A stretch of DNA of 64,000 nucleotides, from the NCBI RefSeq assembly GCF_006345805.1, contig NC_043017.1, positions 30,628,001-30,692,000 on the forward strand. Direction: 5' to 3'. Origin of the DNA: Octopus sinensis. Taxonomy: Eukaryota. The notes under the pieces are model-generated. The model had not been told where the DNA came from, ran no database searches, and saw only the letters and a list, made by a program, of their open reading frames with translations. Position 1 is the first letter of the stretch. The number at the start of each line of letters is the position of its first letter. The translations under genes were made by a program, and so were the position numbers. This document shows positions 13,312 to 27,820 of this stretch, piece by piece.

Positions 13312-13744
13312 GGGACAAGGCTTGACATTTTGGAGGAGAGGGATAGTCGATTAGATTGACCCCAGTACGCAACTGGTACTTAATTTATCGACTCCGAAAG
13401 GATGAAAGGTAAGTTCGATCTCGGCGGAATTTGAAATGAGAACGTAAAGACAAACGAATCACCGCTAAGCATTTGGCCCGGTGTGCTAACATGTCTGCTA
13501 GCTCGCCGCCTTTTCAAAAATGTTAATGAAGGTTTCTGCTGAAGACATAAGGGCTGAAATTTCGAGGGATCAGAATTGTGAATTACATCGACCCCGGTGC
13601 TCAAGTAAAATGTTATTGCTGATTCAGAACGGATGAAAAGCAAAGTTGACCTTTTGTGGAATTTGAACTCATAACATGCAGACGGACGAAAAGCCGCTAA
13701 GCATCTTGCCCGGCGTGCTAACAATTCTGCCAGCTCGCCGCCTT
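13312..13744 (-). mobile_element. Two tandem SINE family A copies with alternative tail (13312-13512; 13545-13744)
   Basis: Heads AAGGCGGCGAGCT; same core; tail ..AAATTTCAG.CCTT.TG.C differs from the tail of 2145-2370. Confidence 0.8.
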
Positions 13745-14714
13745 GAAATTATCAGCAACATTGCTAACAACAGCAATAAAAATGTCAACAACATCAGCAA
13801 ATATCTTGTATAACAATATGAACATTATCAAAATTAACAATATCTGTGCAATACTGGCAAATATCAAGTGACTAATATGAGTTTTAAAAAATGAGAAATG
13901 CAAAATAGAACACCAATAAATTAGTCAAGAAAAATGTGTGTAAGCCTAAACAGTAGTTTCTGTAATCTTTACGCAGTCCATATTTGCCACTGAAGCAGAA
14001 CCGTTTATGAAATTAGACAAAAGCGTATCTTGTTTTTTGAAATTCTTTCGTTAATTTTGTAGGAATTTTTTTTTCTTTCATTTTTTCCTTTTTCACTTTA
14101 ATTCCTGATTATAATTAAGCATCAATCATCCGCAGTTGGAGTCTCATCAAGGATCAAGAATAAATTTGAATTAAACCAAACACCATTACCTGCAAAAAAA
14201 AAAAAATAATAATAAAACGGCACGAAAATAGCACAAAATCAGAGAAAATAATTCTAAAACAAACCGTATATAACAAATATATATAAAAATGAGACAAAAA
14301 AAGAAAGAACCCTTTACGCCAACATTTTTATAATATTTTTATATTTTTTTTCTTTCTTTTCTTCAAAATGTCTAATTCAGCTCAGTGACAGAAAGAAAAG
14401 CTGTTGAATGGTTATTTATGAAACAAAAACAACTGCAGTAACCGCAGCAACGACATCAGCAACAACGAAAACAACATGAAGAAATCTGCAATAGCAACAA
14501 GAACAACAATAATAATAATAATAATATCGGTGACTATGACACCATAACGACTGCAGCACTGACGACCTAATGACCAAAACAAAAACGTTAAAGATTCAGA
14601 AAATAAATTAATCTGGAATGGTTACAGGCAGGTTTTGGTAGAGTTTTAGGATAGCGAATAAATTAGAGAACACAAGAATCTATACTTTTCCATCCCTTCC
14701 ATTTTTCAATGCTA

Positions 14715-15272
14715 TAGCTGTGTGGTAAGATGCTTGCTTCACAACCACGTTTTTCTGGGTTCAATCCCACTGCGTGGCATCTTTGGTAGTTGTGTTTTAC
14801 TCTACCTTCGGGCCGACGAAAGACTTTTGGGCTGATTTGGTAGATAGAAACTGAAAGAACCCCAACGAATATGTATGTATATACTCTTTACTCTTTTACT
14901 TGTTTCAGTCATTTGACTACAGCCATGCTGCAGCACCGCCTTTAGTCAAGCAACTCGACTCCGGCACTTATTATTTGTAAGTCCAGTACTTATTCTGTCG
15001 GTCTGTTTTGCCGGACCGCTAAGTAACGGTTACATAAACGCACAAGCAATGCTAGACGGACAAACACAGACACACAAACATGCATGCACACATATATATA
15101 CATATATACGACGAGCTTCTTTCAGTTTCCGTCTACCAAATCCACTCACAAGGCTTTGGTCGGCCCGAGGCTATAGTAGAAGACACTTGGCCAAGGTGCC
15201 ACACAGTGGGACTGAACCCGGAACCATGTGGTTGGTAAGCAAGCTACTTACCACACAGCCATTCCTGCGCCT

Positions 15273-15355
<83 letters not shown>

Positions 15356-15580
15356 ATATATATGATCGTGAATTTGCCATTGTGTATGGCCCCCAAACAC
15401 AACTGCTTGACAACCGGTGTTGGTGTGTTTACGTCCCCGTAATTTAGCGGCTCGGCAAAAGTCGGAGAGAATAAGTACCAGGTTTTAAATTATATAAGCC
15501 CTGTTGTCGATTTATTAGACTAAAATATGGTGCTCCAGCTTGGTTGAAATCACACGACTGGTACAAGTGAAAGAATAAAC
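14715..15580 (+). mobile_element. Older SINE family B copy (head 14715-14880, tail 15385-15580) split by an antisense full-length family-B copy (14883-15273)
   Basis: Collinear halves on + with a complete minus-strand copy inside the central microsatellite. Confidence 0.8.
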
Positions 15581-15644
15581 AAAAGGAAGAACGAACGCGC
15601 ACACACATACACACACATATACACACACACACACATATATATAT

Positions 15645-16188
15645 AAATTCCTCTCAGTGAACATATAGAAAAATGTGAAGGTAACATCAAACCAAATTTC
15701 AGTCTTCCCTTTCTACCAGTGCAAAGACGCAATCTCTCAACTAGAACGTTTAAATAAAGAAACTTTTTTCATTGAAAAATACAAAACACGTCTTAATATG
15801 CACTCATAACCAACTTTTATCGTTTTACATATTTCAATTCACGATTACATCACTGTACATAAATCCCCTACTAAACAAGGTTTTCAAAACCTGTCTCTGT
15901 TCTGTTCACGTATCTAATCCCCCTCCCATTACCGAAAGCTGAACAGTTATCTCCCTTACACACAACAATAACAATAATAACTACCAATTACCTCCCTATA
16001 TTTATCTACTTGTGAAGTCATTCACTCGTGAATTCCATCACACGCAACATGGACCAAATTTCTGCCTAAGAAAAAATATATATTCAAATAAGTAAAACAT
16101 AATATCATGAATAACGCTAGTGAAACCGGTCGATATATTAAAAATTATATTAAAACTATGTAACTGTGTGTATTTCCCTTTTTAATTT

Positions 16189-16190
<2 letters not shown>
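15645..16190 (+). mobile_element. Penelope-like element 3' end: GIY-YIG endonuclease C-terminus + pLTR with decayed hammerhead
   Basis: 15647-15809 IPLSEHIEKCEGNIKPNF/VFPFYQCKDAISQLERLNKETFFIEKYKTRLNMHS* (one frameshift) resembles PLE GIY-YIG ends; ATATC..GAAACCGGTC GATAT at 16102-16136; TA arrays on both sides. Confidence 0.7.
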
Positions 16191-16252
<62 letters not shown>

Positions 16253-16255
<3 letters not shown>

Positions 16256-16500
16256 AGGCGCAATGGCTTAGTGGTTAGGGCAGCGGACTCGCGGTTGTTG
16301 TGAGTGTTTATTGAGCGAAAACGCCTAAAAGCTCCACGAGGGTCCGGCAGGGGATGGTGGTGGTCCCTGCTGTACTCTTTCACCACTCTTTCTTCCGCTC
16401 TTTCTTCTGTTGGCCTGCTCGCTTAGCCAGCGGGGTTGCGTCATTAACGCATTGTGACCAGCGATGTGTAAAACATCTGATGGTCTGGTGGGTCACGTGA
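16253..16500 (+). mobile_element. SINE family C head with alternative tail 2
   Basis: Same head/body as 10020-10503 up to CTCTTTCACCAC (B-box region deleted), then an unrelated tail ending GGTCACGTGA; inside a TA array. Confidence 0.8.
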
Positions 16501-16529
16501 TATATATATAATATATATATATATACATA

Positions 16530-16574
<45 letters not shown>

Positions 16575-17213
16575 GCATACACTGGCACATAATCACACAC
16601 ACACACGTGTGCTATAGTCTCGCAAGTTATTTTTCCTGTTGAGTTGACTGAATGAAAATGAAATGAAATGTTTATCGCAAGAATGCAACACGTCTGCATC
16701 TCCAGGAATCGAAAAAACAATCTCATAATCTTGTATGATCCACTTTATGGACTTAATACTCCGAACGTTCTCCACACTAAGCCATGCACCTCCATACGAA
16801 CATGCGAACACACAGGCATATTTGCATGAAATATGCGTTCTATTTTCAATTGTAACGTTAAGAATTTCAATAAAAATTTGATTTTTATTATCTTTAGAAT
16901 GGTTCGGAATGGTTAAAGTTATTGTAGTTCCTTTTAGTTTTGTTTATATATTGTCTATTGCGGTATTTGTATCAACTGCCGCAGAACAAATCTATATCGC
17001 CATGCTCTTTGTTACTTTTCACTGAAATATAAATGAACACAAAGAGCTAAAAGATGGGCCCCAGGCTGAAAACCATAATGTGAGAAAAGCAAATGTTTAT
17101 CATCATATGCTTCTATTTTATTTATGATTCTTTCTATGTGTTGAAGTACTGTGTCAAATATTATATCGAAATCTTGTTCTGTTTTCACCGTCCTTCTATT
17201 CTACATAATAGAG

Positions 17214-17596
17214 TGGAAGTACTCCGTCGGTTACGACGACGATGTTCCGGTTGATCCGAATCAACGGAACAGCCTGCTCGTGGAATTAACGTGTAAGTGG
17301 TTGAGCGCTCCACTGACACGTGTACCCTTAACGTAGTTCTCGGGGATATTCAGCGTGACACAAAGTGTGACAAGGCCGGCCCTTTGAAATACAGGTACAA
17401 CAGAAACAGGAAGTAAGAGTGAGAGAAAGTTGTGGTGAAAGAGTACAGCAGGGATCACCACCATCCCCTGCCGGAGCCTCGTGGAGCTTTAGGTGTTTTC
17501 GCTCAATAAACACTCACAAGCCCGGTCTGGGAATCGAAATCGCGATCCTATGACCGCGAGTCCGCTGCCCTAACCACTGGGCCATTGCGCCTCCAC
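17214..17596 (-). mobile_element. SINE family C, full length
   Basis: Near-identical to the other C copies; TSD ACATAATAGA. Confidence 0.92.
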
Positions 17597-17784
17597 ATAA
17601 TAGAACTGTTTAATGCAAGTATAGCAATATTTTTAGTATTTCTTTTAAGATTACAGAAACAAAAATAACATTTTTATTCCATTTGTTATTTCTAGGTATC
17701 AGCTCATCCCTGGTGGTTCAGGATCCTAGTAGTACGAGTTTTAGCTTCCAGTCCTTTAAATCGTAGCTGTATTATCTAACATAT

Positions 17785-17970
17785 TTGCAGATCCGTGGAA
17801 TAAGCTGCCGGACGAGATAGTGAAGATGCCGACGAGCGCTCGGTTCAAAGGCTCTCTTGACCAGAAATGGCCTGAACTCTTTGCATGAACACCCTCCCAG
17901 TACATAACTCAATGTCCCCCTACATGGCCATGCTTTTTGCTTTTTGAGCCAAAAACATTAACTTAACTAT
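17785..17970 (+). mobile_element. CR1-clade LINE 3' end
   Basis: ADPWNKLPDEIVKMPTSARFKGSLDQKW* matches the CR1 ORF2 C-terminal WNxLP..FK..LD motif; (TAACT) tail. Confidence 0.75.
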
Positions 17971-18687
17971 ATTTATTATTTCACATTGTAGAATTTCAAT
18001 CAAAAATTACGTTTATATTTCCAAAAGATCAGCGTCCTAGACGTCACGTGCAAAGGAGAAGTTCTAGAAAGCGTAGATACTTTTGGAGAGCGTGTAACTG
18101 AACAATAACACGCACCATGCAATACCCGACATAACATGGGCAAAGCTAACAAAAATATGCTACGCATTCCTGAAGGTGTATCAAGGAGATAGCCTGCATT
18201 TAACATTATATATTAACATCTATTGAGTGTATTATCATTCATTACAACAACGAATAGATTATACGCATTAACACTTACTCACAATCAAGTACATTATATG
18301 ATGTAATAATCAAAGCAACGAAAATGCATTCTGAAATATAATCTTAACAGTTTTTTTTCATTCAATTATGGAAATGCAAATAAAATATACTAAATGAACA
18401 CTGGTGCACTAAATGTTACATATTAGCAGATCGTAACATAATTATATATTTCAAAGACAAGCTATATATATATATGTAAACACGCACACACACGCACACG
18501 CTCGTACACACACGCACATATATATATATGTAGTGTTTAAAAAATAATTATCCAACTGTACCACTTCTTGTTGCATCCTAATTTTTCAATTACATATTCA
18601 CACACGACATATGTCCAAACGCAAAATCTGAATGTGGACGAATCTTATACTCTAGTCTGCTACGTTCTTAACAGAATATACCATAAG

Positions 18688-18804
<117 letters not shown>

Positions 18805-18825
18805 TATATATATATATATATATGG

Positions 18826-19285
18826 ATTATAAGAGATAATTTTGTCATTGAGACCCAAAGGTGTCAGGTAATTCTCAATAAGTGCTATAGACAGACCATA
18901 TTTAACTTCCAGATTCGGTAATATTGCGAATGAAGGATTTAAAGTTGGTTCTATGTTAGCGTGTATATAAGAGTATTTTTGCGTAATAAAATAAAAAAAA
19001 ATCAAGGCTGTATAGATATTAGAGCATTTATAGATAGAAGATCTTACAACTGTTTCTAGGATATTTATTAATAATATCCCTTCATTGGAGACGGTGTGAG
19101 AAGAAAGTTAACTAATAGTTAATTTCACATCTAAACTATGATTTAACTTTCCTCTCACACCGTCTCCGATGAAGGAATATTATTAATAAATATCCTAGAA
19201 ACAGCTGTAAGACCTTCTATCTATAAAGGCTCTAATATCTATACAGCCTTGATTTTTTATCTTATTACGAAAACGAATCTTATAT
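18826..19285. mobile_element. Penelope-like pLTR pair in inverted orientation within (TA)n
   Basis: Arms at about 18966-19112 and 19143-19285 are highly similar reverse complements; each holds a hammerhead motif. Confidence 0.75.
19162..19213 (+). ncRNA. Minimal type I hammerhead ribozyme motif (U4C variant)
   Basis: GTCT-CCGATGA-[AGG..CCT]A-GAAA-C-AGCT-G-TA-AGAC: stem I GTCT/AGAC, palindromic loop III, GUA site. Confidence 0.6.
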
Positions 19286-19291
19286 ATATAT

Positions 19292-19333
<42 letters not shown>

Positions 19334-19339
19334 ATATAT

Positions 19340-19558
19340 ACTCTTTTACTCTCTTCTCTTTTACTTGTTTCAGTCATTTGACTGCGGCCATACTGGAGCA
19401 CCGCTTTTAGTCGAGCAAATCGACCATGTGACTTATTCTTTGTAAGCCCAGTACTTATGCTATTGGTCACTTTTGCCGAACCGCTAAGTGACGGGGACGT
19501 AAACACTCCAGCATCGGTTGTCAAGCAATGCTAGGGGGACAAACACAGACACACAAAC

Positions 19559-19589
<31 letters not shown>

Positions 19590-19595
19590 ATATAT

Positions 19596-19657
<62 letters not shown>

Positions 19658-19816
19658 TACGACAGGCTTCTTTCAGTTTCCGTCTACCAAATCCACTCAC
19701 AAGGCATTGGTCGGCCCGAGGCTATAGCAGAAGACACTTGTCCAAGATGCCACGCAGTAGGACTGAACCCGGAACCATGTGGCTGGTTAGCAAGCTATTT
19801 ACCACACAGCCACTCC
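19340..19816 (-). mobile_element. SINE family B, full length
   Basis: Head, internal CA/TA array and tail all present. Confidence 0.9.
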
Positions 19817-20334
19817 ATATATATATATATGAAGACACGAGCCAGTCTGTATGTTCTCATTGAATTTACTAAATATACCAGAATAAGCCACGAAGCGGCT
19901 ATGCTACAGATCTATCAAAAACTCCTTCAATACGATTTCTAAAATCTTTCATATATAATATAATAACAGAGAAGTTGGTTTAATGTTGTCTTGTTTGTAG
20001 ACTGCCTGAAACTATAATTTCATCAAAATTGGGAAAAACTTTGATTACACATCAGCTCCAGAGAAGCTGCTCATAGGCGAAACGATACAACATAGGAAAT
20101 CAGACGCTGCGAGATGTCTTCGGCGATTTAAATGTCAACCATTATTCATGATAACAGATTTTGTTCAGCGTTTTGATCGCTAATGATCACATATTCATAA
20201 TCATCGTCATCGCCGTCGTCATCATCATTATCATTTTAATTTTCGTCATCACTATCATCATAGTCATCACTATTACCATTACCATTGTCGTCGTCGACAT
20301 CATCATCACATCATTATAATCAACTGCAACTGCA

Positions 20335-20640
20335 GTGGAGGCGCAATGGGCCAATGGTTAGGGCAGCGGACTCGCGGTCGGAGAATCGCGGTTTCGATTC
20401 CCAGATCGGGCGTTGCGTGTTTATTGAGCGAAAACACATAAAGCTCCACGGCAGGGGGTGGTGGCAACCACTGTTGTACTCTTTCGCTCCAACTTTCTCT
20501 CACTCGTTCTTCCTATTTCTTTTCCCCGAATTCCTACGCATCCGTCTCGGTGTCGGGGGTTGACCTGCTTTCTCTTCTGCGGGTCCTACGAATAGCAAAG
20601 GACCACGGTTCGGACTTCTCCCACTGGACGAAGACCGCTA
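20335..20640 (+). mobile_element. SINE family C head with alternative tail 3
   Basis: Head/body match family C to about 20505, then a GC-rich unrelated tail. Confidence 0.7.
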
Positions 20641-21189
20641 CGCTCAACAGCAACAGCAACAACCAAATCACCAAGAATACATCTACCATTATCATCGTGA
20701 TCATTGTTCATCGTCATAATTATCATCAGCCTTATCATCACCATCCTCCATCAGGAAGCAGTCAACGTCAGCACTCGAAACTGACAGCAATAAAGAACTG
20801 TAGCAACGCAAGAACTGTCAGTGCCGCCCACATGAATGAAAACGAAATTCACAGAATAAATAAATAACCACTGCCCAATACTATGATATAAAATAAAATA
20901 ATTGTGTATTTGCCAACATATTAAATGATTTCTTCCACGAAATAAATACACAAGAAAGGCGAAACATGAATCGAATACACTACGGGACTGTTGGAAACGA
21001 AGTCAAAAAAGAGATAAAAAGATACTTCGTTAAAATATCTTTCATTAAATTACAATAAAGTTTTTTAGAGAATTTCAGCCAACACACAGGGGAGGCTACA
21101 GTATGACGCACACACACGTTCATTCACTATCTTGCTATTAAACACGCAAAAAAAACACACACTCACACATATAGGCAAGGACACGTGTA

Positions 21190-21199
21190 TAAATATATA

Positions 21200-21262
<63 letters not shown>

Positions 21263-21341
21263 ATGTATATATATATTTATATATATATATAAATATATGT
21301 ATATATATATATATATGTTTATATATATATATATTTATATA

Positions 21342-21379
<38 letters not shown>

Positions 21380-21632
21380 CATATATATCTATATATGTGT
21401 ATATATATTTATATATATATATATGTATGTATATATATATATATGTTTATATGTAATACACATATATTATATATATATGCATATATAAATATATATTGTA
21501 TATATATATATGTATGTGTGTGTGTTTGCGTGTGTTTGTGTGTGATCATATATATACATATATAGGCATATATATCCATACATATTCGCAAATATATGTA
21601 TATATAAACATATATATATGTATATTCATGCG

Positions 21633-21684
<52 letters not shown>

Positions 21685-21806
21685 TTACATGTATCTATAA
21701 ATATGTATATATACATGTAAGACTATATGTGGAGAGATATGTATATGTGTACACAAATCATACACGCATATATACATATATATGTTTATATATATATATA
21801 TATAAT

Positions 21807-21857
<51 letters not shown>

Positions 21858-21875
21858 TTATATATATATATAAGC
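21190..21875. repeat. Long degenerate (TA)n/(TG)n microsatellite field
   Basis: Direct reading. Confidence 0.95.
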
Positions 21876-22349
21876 ACAGACACCCTCGCATGCGAATAGA
21901 CTTTTGATAGGATACTCACACATACGTACACAATCAAGCGTTGTACGAAACAAAGCAAAATAATGTGAAAACAAAATAAATGGATAATTAAATTTGTTCA
22001 TGAAGAATGAAAGTATAATATGATTAATTGATGTTAATAAAGGAGATTGAGATTAAAACAATGATGCTGACCGTGATGATGGTGATGAGGGTGATGGTGA
22101 TGAAGAGGATGGGGACGAAGGCGAGCAGGGCGGAGAAGCGACGATGACGAAAATTATTGCAATGAGAGAGATGCTGGCTCTAATGATTTCTACATTTGCC
22201 AGAGGCATCGGTGAAAATTTGTAACGTTCAAATATGCAGAACCATACATATACATATATTTGTAGGTACGTGCATATCTATGTACGTATGTATGTATGTA
22301 GATATATATGGAGTATATATATATACATAGATACACACACACATATATA

Positions 22350-22391
<42 letters not shown>

Positions 22392-22860
22392 AATTTATAT
22401 ATAGAGGGCATTATACATACATGCCAGGAGGCATTGTATATACATGCCAAACGCTAAGAGGGACAATCAGTCATTTCTACCAAAAATATTACTAATCCCA
22501 CCGAATGCAATTTTTCAAAGTAAGACATTTAAAAATATAGGCCTGTATCACAGTGATTTCATACTTACGTAATCATCAGCAGGCCTATATATATATAGTG
22601 TGTGTGTGGACGAATGTATGTTATGTATATCTATATATAGGTATATATGTATGTTTGCCCATTAATGTATATTTGTACAGATTTGTTATATATATATATA
22701 CGCACAAAAAGCACAAACATACACATACACACACGCACATATATACATATTTACACACACATATATAATATGCGTATATATATATTGATATGCATACACA
22801 CATTTACATATATATGTGTTAATATATATGTGTGTGTATGTGTGTGATTTTCTGTGCATG

Positions 22861-22891
<31 letters not shown>

Positions 22892-23038
22892 CCGTACATA
22901 TATGCATAAATGTGCAAACACGCATATAAATATACATAACATACATACGTCCACACACACTGTCTTATAAGTTTTTTCTTAATAGTAGCTGATGTTTTAC
23001 TAAATATAAGTCTTTCGTTCTTTACTTTTGATTATCTT

Positions 23039-23230
23039 AATGCTTAGCGGTATTGCGTCTGTTGTTGCTTTCTGAGTTCAAATTCCGCCGAGGTCGACTT
23101 TGCCTTTCATCATTTCGGGGTCGATAAATTACGTACCAGTTACGCACTGGGGTCGATGTAATCGACTTAATCCGTTTGTCTGTCCTTGTTTGTCCCCTCT
23201 ATGTTTAGCCTCTTGTGGGCAGTAAAGAAA
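23039..23230 (+). mobile_element. SINE family A, 5'-truncated
   Basis: Collinear with 2176-2368. Confidence 0.9.
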
Positions 23231-23800
23231 AAGAAACAGATTTTCTTAAACTTTTTGCCTCTACCTTCCTGTTACTATGCCAAATACAAGGTTTTAACAA
23301 AATACGCCGAACCACGTCCCTGACATTGCAGTAACTGTCCATTTCTACGCCTATTTTTCACTTTCATTTTTCGTGTCTTACATAGTTTCGCATTCTGCTT
23401 TTGCTTCGTTATCGTAGACATAAACATCCATTTCTTTGTCTGTTATAACATTTTATATAATTTTAGAAGATCATACGGCATTTGCCTAAATAATTTTCTG
23501 TTCACATTTTGCTAATCTACCCGCACAAATATGTCGGTATCGAAATTTCTCATTAACATTTCATATGGCGTCATGAAGCACCAAGTTTGGTCTGATATCT
23601 ATTTCTGTACAAACATCGTGGAGTGACAGTACAGCGATTTTCACGGCTAAAATTGCCTACATTCAGGATGTGTAAGGTATTACTTCTAATACAATATCAT
23701 CCTCCTTTTGGAATATGTTTGGATTTGAGACTAGTTAATCCTTCTTACACTGAACATCATACTAACAATGCTTCTTTGTGTATGTGTGTGTGTGTGTCTT

Positions 23801-23837
<37 letters not shown>

Positions 23838-25740
23838 GTGTTTGTGTGTGTGTTTGTGTGTGTGGTATGTGTTAGATCATTCTTAATGATGACAAATGAC
23901 TTGTTGGTGCAGCGTCAACATTACTCTCTCGCCTTCAACCGCTTGACAAATTTTTTATACAGGGGAGTGACCAGGTCAAAACAAGCGGAGATGCCAAAGG
24001 TCACAATGGGTATCGAGATTTCTTACTTGCCTCTTTTTGCTCTCTGTGTTTTCAAAACGATAGTCCAGTTTCCTTTCTCTCCGTGGAAGCATGGGAGTTT
24101 TTTTTTTTTCCACCAGCACTTGTTTCTATTATGTAGGTAGCCAAACGATAGTATACTAATTAATTCATAGCTACGACTCTGACAGGTGTTACTACTTCGT
24201 CGCAAAGTCAACCAGAGAAAACTAGTAGCTGATTGTTGGTTCCATATCTCATAAACCCTGGAAATCCCGCATCAAGGCCCCAATATGTCATTCATAAGCA
24301 CAAATTTATTTATGTACAAATATATACGAGCACACGCGCACACATATGCATATGTGTACGTACATGTATATATGTATGCGCATAAATATATATGTGTGTG
24401 TGTTTTAACATGTATATATTGTGTATGTCTTTATACACACACATATAGATGCATATATAACAAATTAAAAACTGTGGCCTATTAGCAATTTAAAAAAGAT
24501 CTGACTATTAGGATTGAAATTCTCAGGAACATGATCTGATCAATATAATTTCTTACTCAGTTTGTGATGCTGGCAGTGAATTAACGAAATCTTTGAGGCG
24601 TTGAAAAAATATTGGCGGCAACCATCCAATCTTCCAAGCCTCTCAGTTCCCAATCAAGTGAAAATTAATTTTGCTCATTTCAGTTAAGATAAAACCAATC
24701 TGGCCCCAGCATTCGCCTGGTGTCAAATTTAATAGATGTGGGCACCTGAGGATATAATATGCATAGGCCACGAAGTATGTTACGACAACATCGCTCCCTT
24801 TCCACCAGAGTTTGAAAAGAGGGGATTCATTACATTCACTGAATACACGTATGTCAAAGAACAACAAATACACAATTATGTAGTTTGTTATTACACATAG
24901 GATCTCCTATATCCAGTAATCCAGTGGGGCTTTTGCAACGCTAAATAGTTGGTGCAATGCTTATATTCAGTGACATTTTTGGTGCCAAAGCACTTTACAA
25001 AATTGGAGAAATAACCGTTTAGAAATGTGTTTGAATAATGGGGAACCAAATAATGGTGCGCATTTAACTTAATTATTAGTAAATATTTTGTTTTACACGA
25101 CGGTTCTCTTTCAGCCAAATCTCGAGTGTATGTATTTATTGATGCATGCATGCATTACACTATATATATAGATAGATAATTATAAATATAAATATGTGTA
25201 TACACACACATACAAGCTCACGCGCGCACATGCATACGAACAGGTACACCCACGTATGCGCTGACGTTCAAGAGCACACACATTTGTATGTAAGATTTAC
25301 AGGAAAACAATGCTCAATGAGTCAAGAAATATGACAAGGTTGCGAGGTAAAAACGTCCAGATAAAACTGACATGAAATACAATAAACGACAACTAAAATT
25401 CCGAAATAAGGAAACCCATCAATCAGCACTGGAGCGGATATTAATGCGATTTTGACACTTATCACAACATCCTTCCAGGCAGCACTGTCAGTCAGCCTTT
25501 CGGACACCAGGAAACGGTCCTTGCTTACGATGCGTAAACAGGGAAACTAACTGAAGGGGAAAATAACTGGAACTTTAAAAAATGAATATAAAGCCTTTCT
25601 GTGTCAACGAATATTACACAGCAAATATTTACAGAAATTTATTTAAAAAATATCAGAGAATGTTGAATGACATTTGACTGAAAGGTAAAATGATGTCTCT
25701 AGATTTCCATGTACACATTCGAAATAACACGTAAAGGATA

Positions 25741-26114
25741 CATCTATCAATCTACCCGCTCAGTCGAAGTCGACGCTCGGTTACTCGTTGGATCAGTGTC
25801 CTCCAGTCAGTTCTATCCTGGGCCGCTTCTTTCAGATTCGCTATGTCCATTCCGGTATCACTCTTGATGGTGTCAAGCCAGCGGGTTCTTAGTCGGCCTC
25901 TTCCTCTCTTGCTACAGACCATTCCGAGCATGATATCCTTCTCCAGGGATTTTCGCCGCATAATATGACCGAAATATGCCAATGTATTCTTGGTGATCCT
26001 AGCTTCTAGCGACATTTTCGGCCTGATCTGCTTAAGAACTTCTCCATTGGTGAACCTCGCTGTCCATGGAATCAGTAAAAGTCTTCTCCAACACCAAAGC
26101 TCGAATGCATTAAT
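25741..26114 (-). mobile_element. RTE (BovB-like) LINE 3' end
   Basis: INAFELWCWRRLL.IPW..YFGHIMRRKSLEKDIMLG..WRTLIQRVTE; paralogue of the copies at 13002 and 34056; short AAGGATA TSD. Confidence 0.9.
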
Positions 26115-27379
26115 TAAGGATATATATTAACACTTTTTACCTTGCATATAAATAGAGATACGACAAAGAAGAACGAAATTTTTTTCAAAGTCTAAAGAAG
26201 AAAATATCGAGAGAATTAAAGTAAACGGTTTTAGGAGACAGATGTATTGCAGCCTTCTGGATAAGGAATGTGATTTTTATCCCTTTAGCATTTAAGGCCT
26301 TTCATATCAGATCCCATCAGCCTGCCTGTTTTACGATCAAGCTGATCAGATTCGGCTTTCACACAGCCTTATAATGGCATTTTAAAGATAAACAATCCTG
26401 TTTTCGAAATGTCAAAACCATAAGATATTGCATGATTAATTCAAAATGTTGTGAATAATTAAGAATTATATTTGACAAAATAATACGAATTCCAGAGACT
26501 TATAGAACACCGGAGAGAAGACGGAAAGTGAGAAGAGAGGAGAACAGAAATGAGAAAGAGATACGTAGGAATATTACGACAAAGAAAGTGTGACGAAACG
26601 ACACAGGAAGAACGAGAGAGCGACCGAGTGAGAAAGATAGAGAGGCAAGAGAGGGAAAGAATTTCGAGCAAGCGGGAGCAATGATTGATGAGGTTGTAGA
26701 AAATGAGACTCTGACAGTGAGTCAAAGTGAGTTTAAGAGTTAAGTTTGAAGAGGGAATGTATCACGAGTTTGTGTTAAAGTTAATCCTACGTTACAATAC
26801 TTACAAACAGAGACATACATGCAACTATGTGGGAAAAGCTTTTACAGTACAATAGTAATGGTAATGATAATATAACGTTAACTGTAATAAAAAGTGAGTT
26901 GCACGTGTTAGAAATATCAGATTTCCGTTTATTTGATCTATTGCAAGGTATGTATAACAATACATGTATTGCTTGATGTGCATGTACAACGTAGGCCTGC
27001 TTTATCGGATTGGACTTGAGTCAACACACTCGCAATCTCAGCTGAACTACGAGATCACTCGAATTGCTGAAAATAATATCCCATTGGCATACAACATGTT
27101 TAAAGTAATAGCTTACACCATGGCTTGAGTAAGCCACGTTTCACTAAGTCTGCCTTGTTTCTGCATGCCTAAGGAACCCAACACAACAAAACTTGATTCT
27201 ATAATCTTTAATTGTTGCTTCTGTATACTAGAAACGCTACTACAACAACAAATATAAACAGTATTAATCCAAGCATCATTTCTACGAGATCTACTTAACC
27301 ATTATATACTTTTACCATTATCACCAGTATTGATTGTCCGAGAAATAACTAGTCAAATAACTGTGAAAAATAAATAAGC

Positions 27380-27820
27380 CGCAGGCCTGGCCCCATAGTA
27401 AAGCGCTTGCTTCCCAAATTAATGGTTCCAGGTTCAATTCTTGGACAAGTGGCTTCTACTATACATTCGGTCCGACCAGAGTGGGTTTGCTAGACAGAAA
27501 CAGAAAGAAGCTTCTTGTATGTATGTGTGTGTGTGGGTATGTATATATATATGTGTGTGTACATAAATACACACACGTATATTCATATAATTGTGTGTTT
27601 GTATATGTCCGAGAGCGTGTTTGCGTGTCTTGAGTTTGCGTGTCTATGTTGGATTGTAAATGCTCCTGTAAGTTAGTGGATCGACAAAAATACCGATAAA
27701 ATAAGTACAAGGCTTCCAGACAAAGCATAATTTCTAAGGCCAATTTACTCGACTAAAAGTTATTCAAGGCGGCACCCCAGCATGGCCGCAGACTAATGAC
27801 TGAAACGGATAACAGATAAA
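27380..27820 (+). mobile_element. SINE family B, old degenerate copy
   Basis: GGTTCAATTC B-box, internal TG/TA, tail CCCCAGCATGGCCGCAG..ATGACTGAAAC. Confidence 0.7.

Noticed and set aside
17680-17780. Candidate host exon after a polypyrimidine-AG
   Set aside because: No convincing donor site, reading frame or recognisable peptide; similar weak candidates near 23960 and 25300 were also dropped
18020-18200. Possible old RTE RT remnant (KGEVLESVDTF..)
   Set aside because: Similarity too short and decayed to call without a search
26277-26480. Possible piggyBac-type MITE (CCCTTTAGCATT start)
   Set aside because: Right TIR and TTAA sites are not recognisable in this copy
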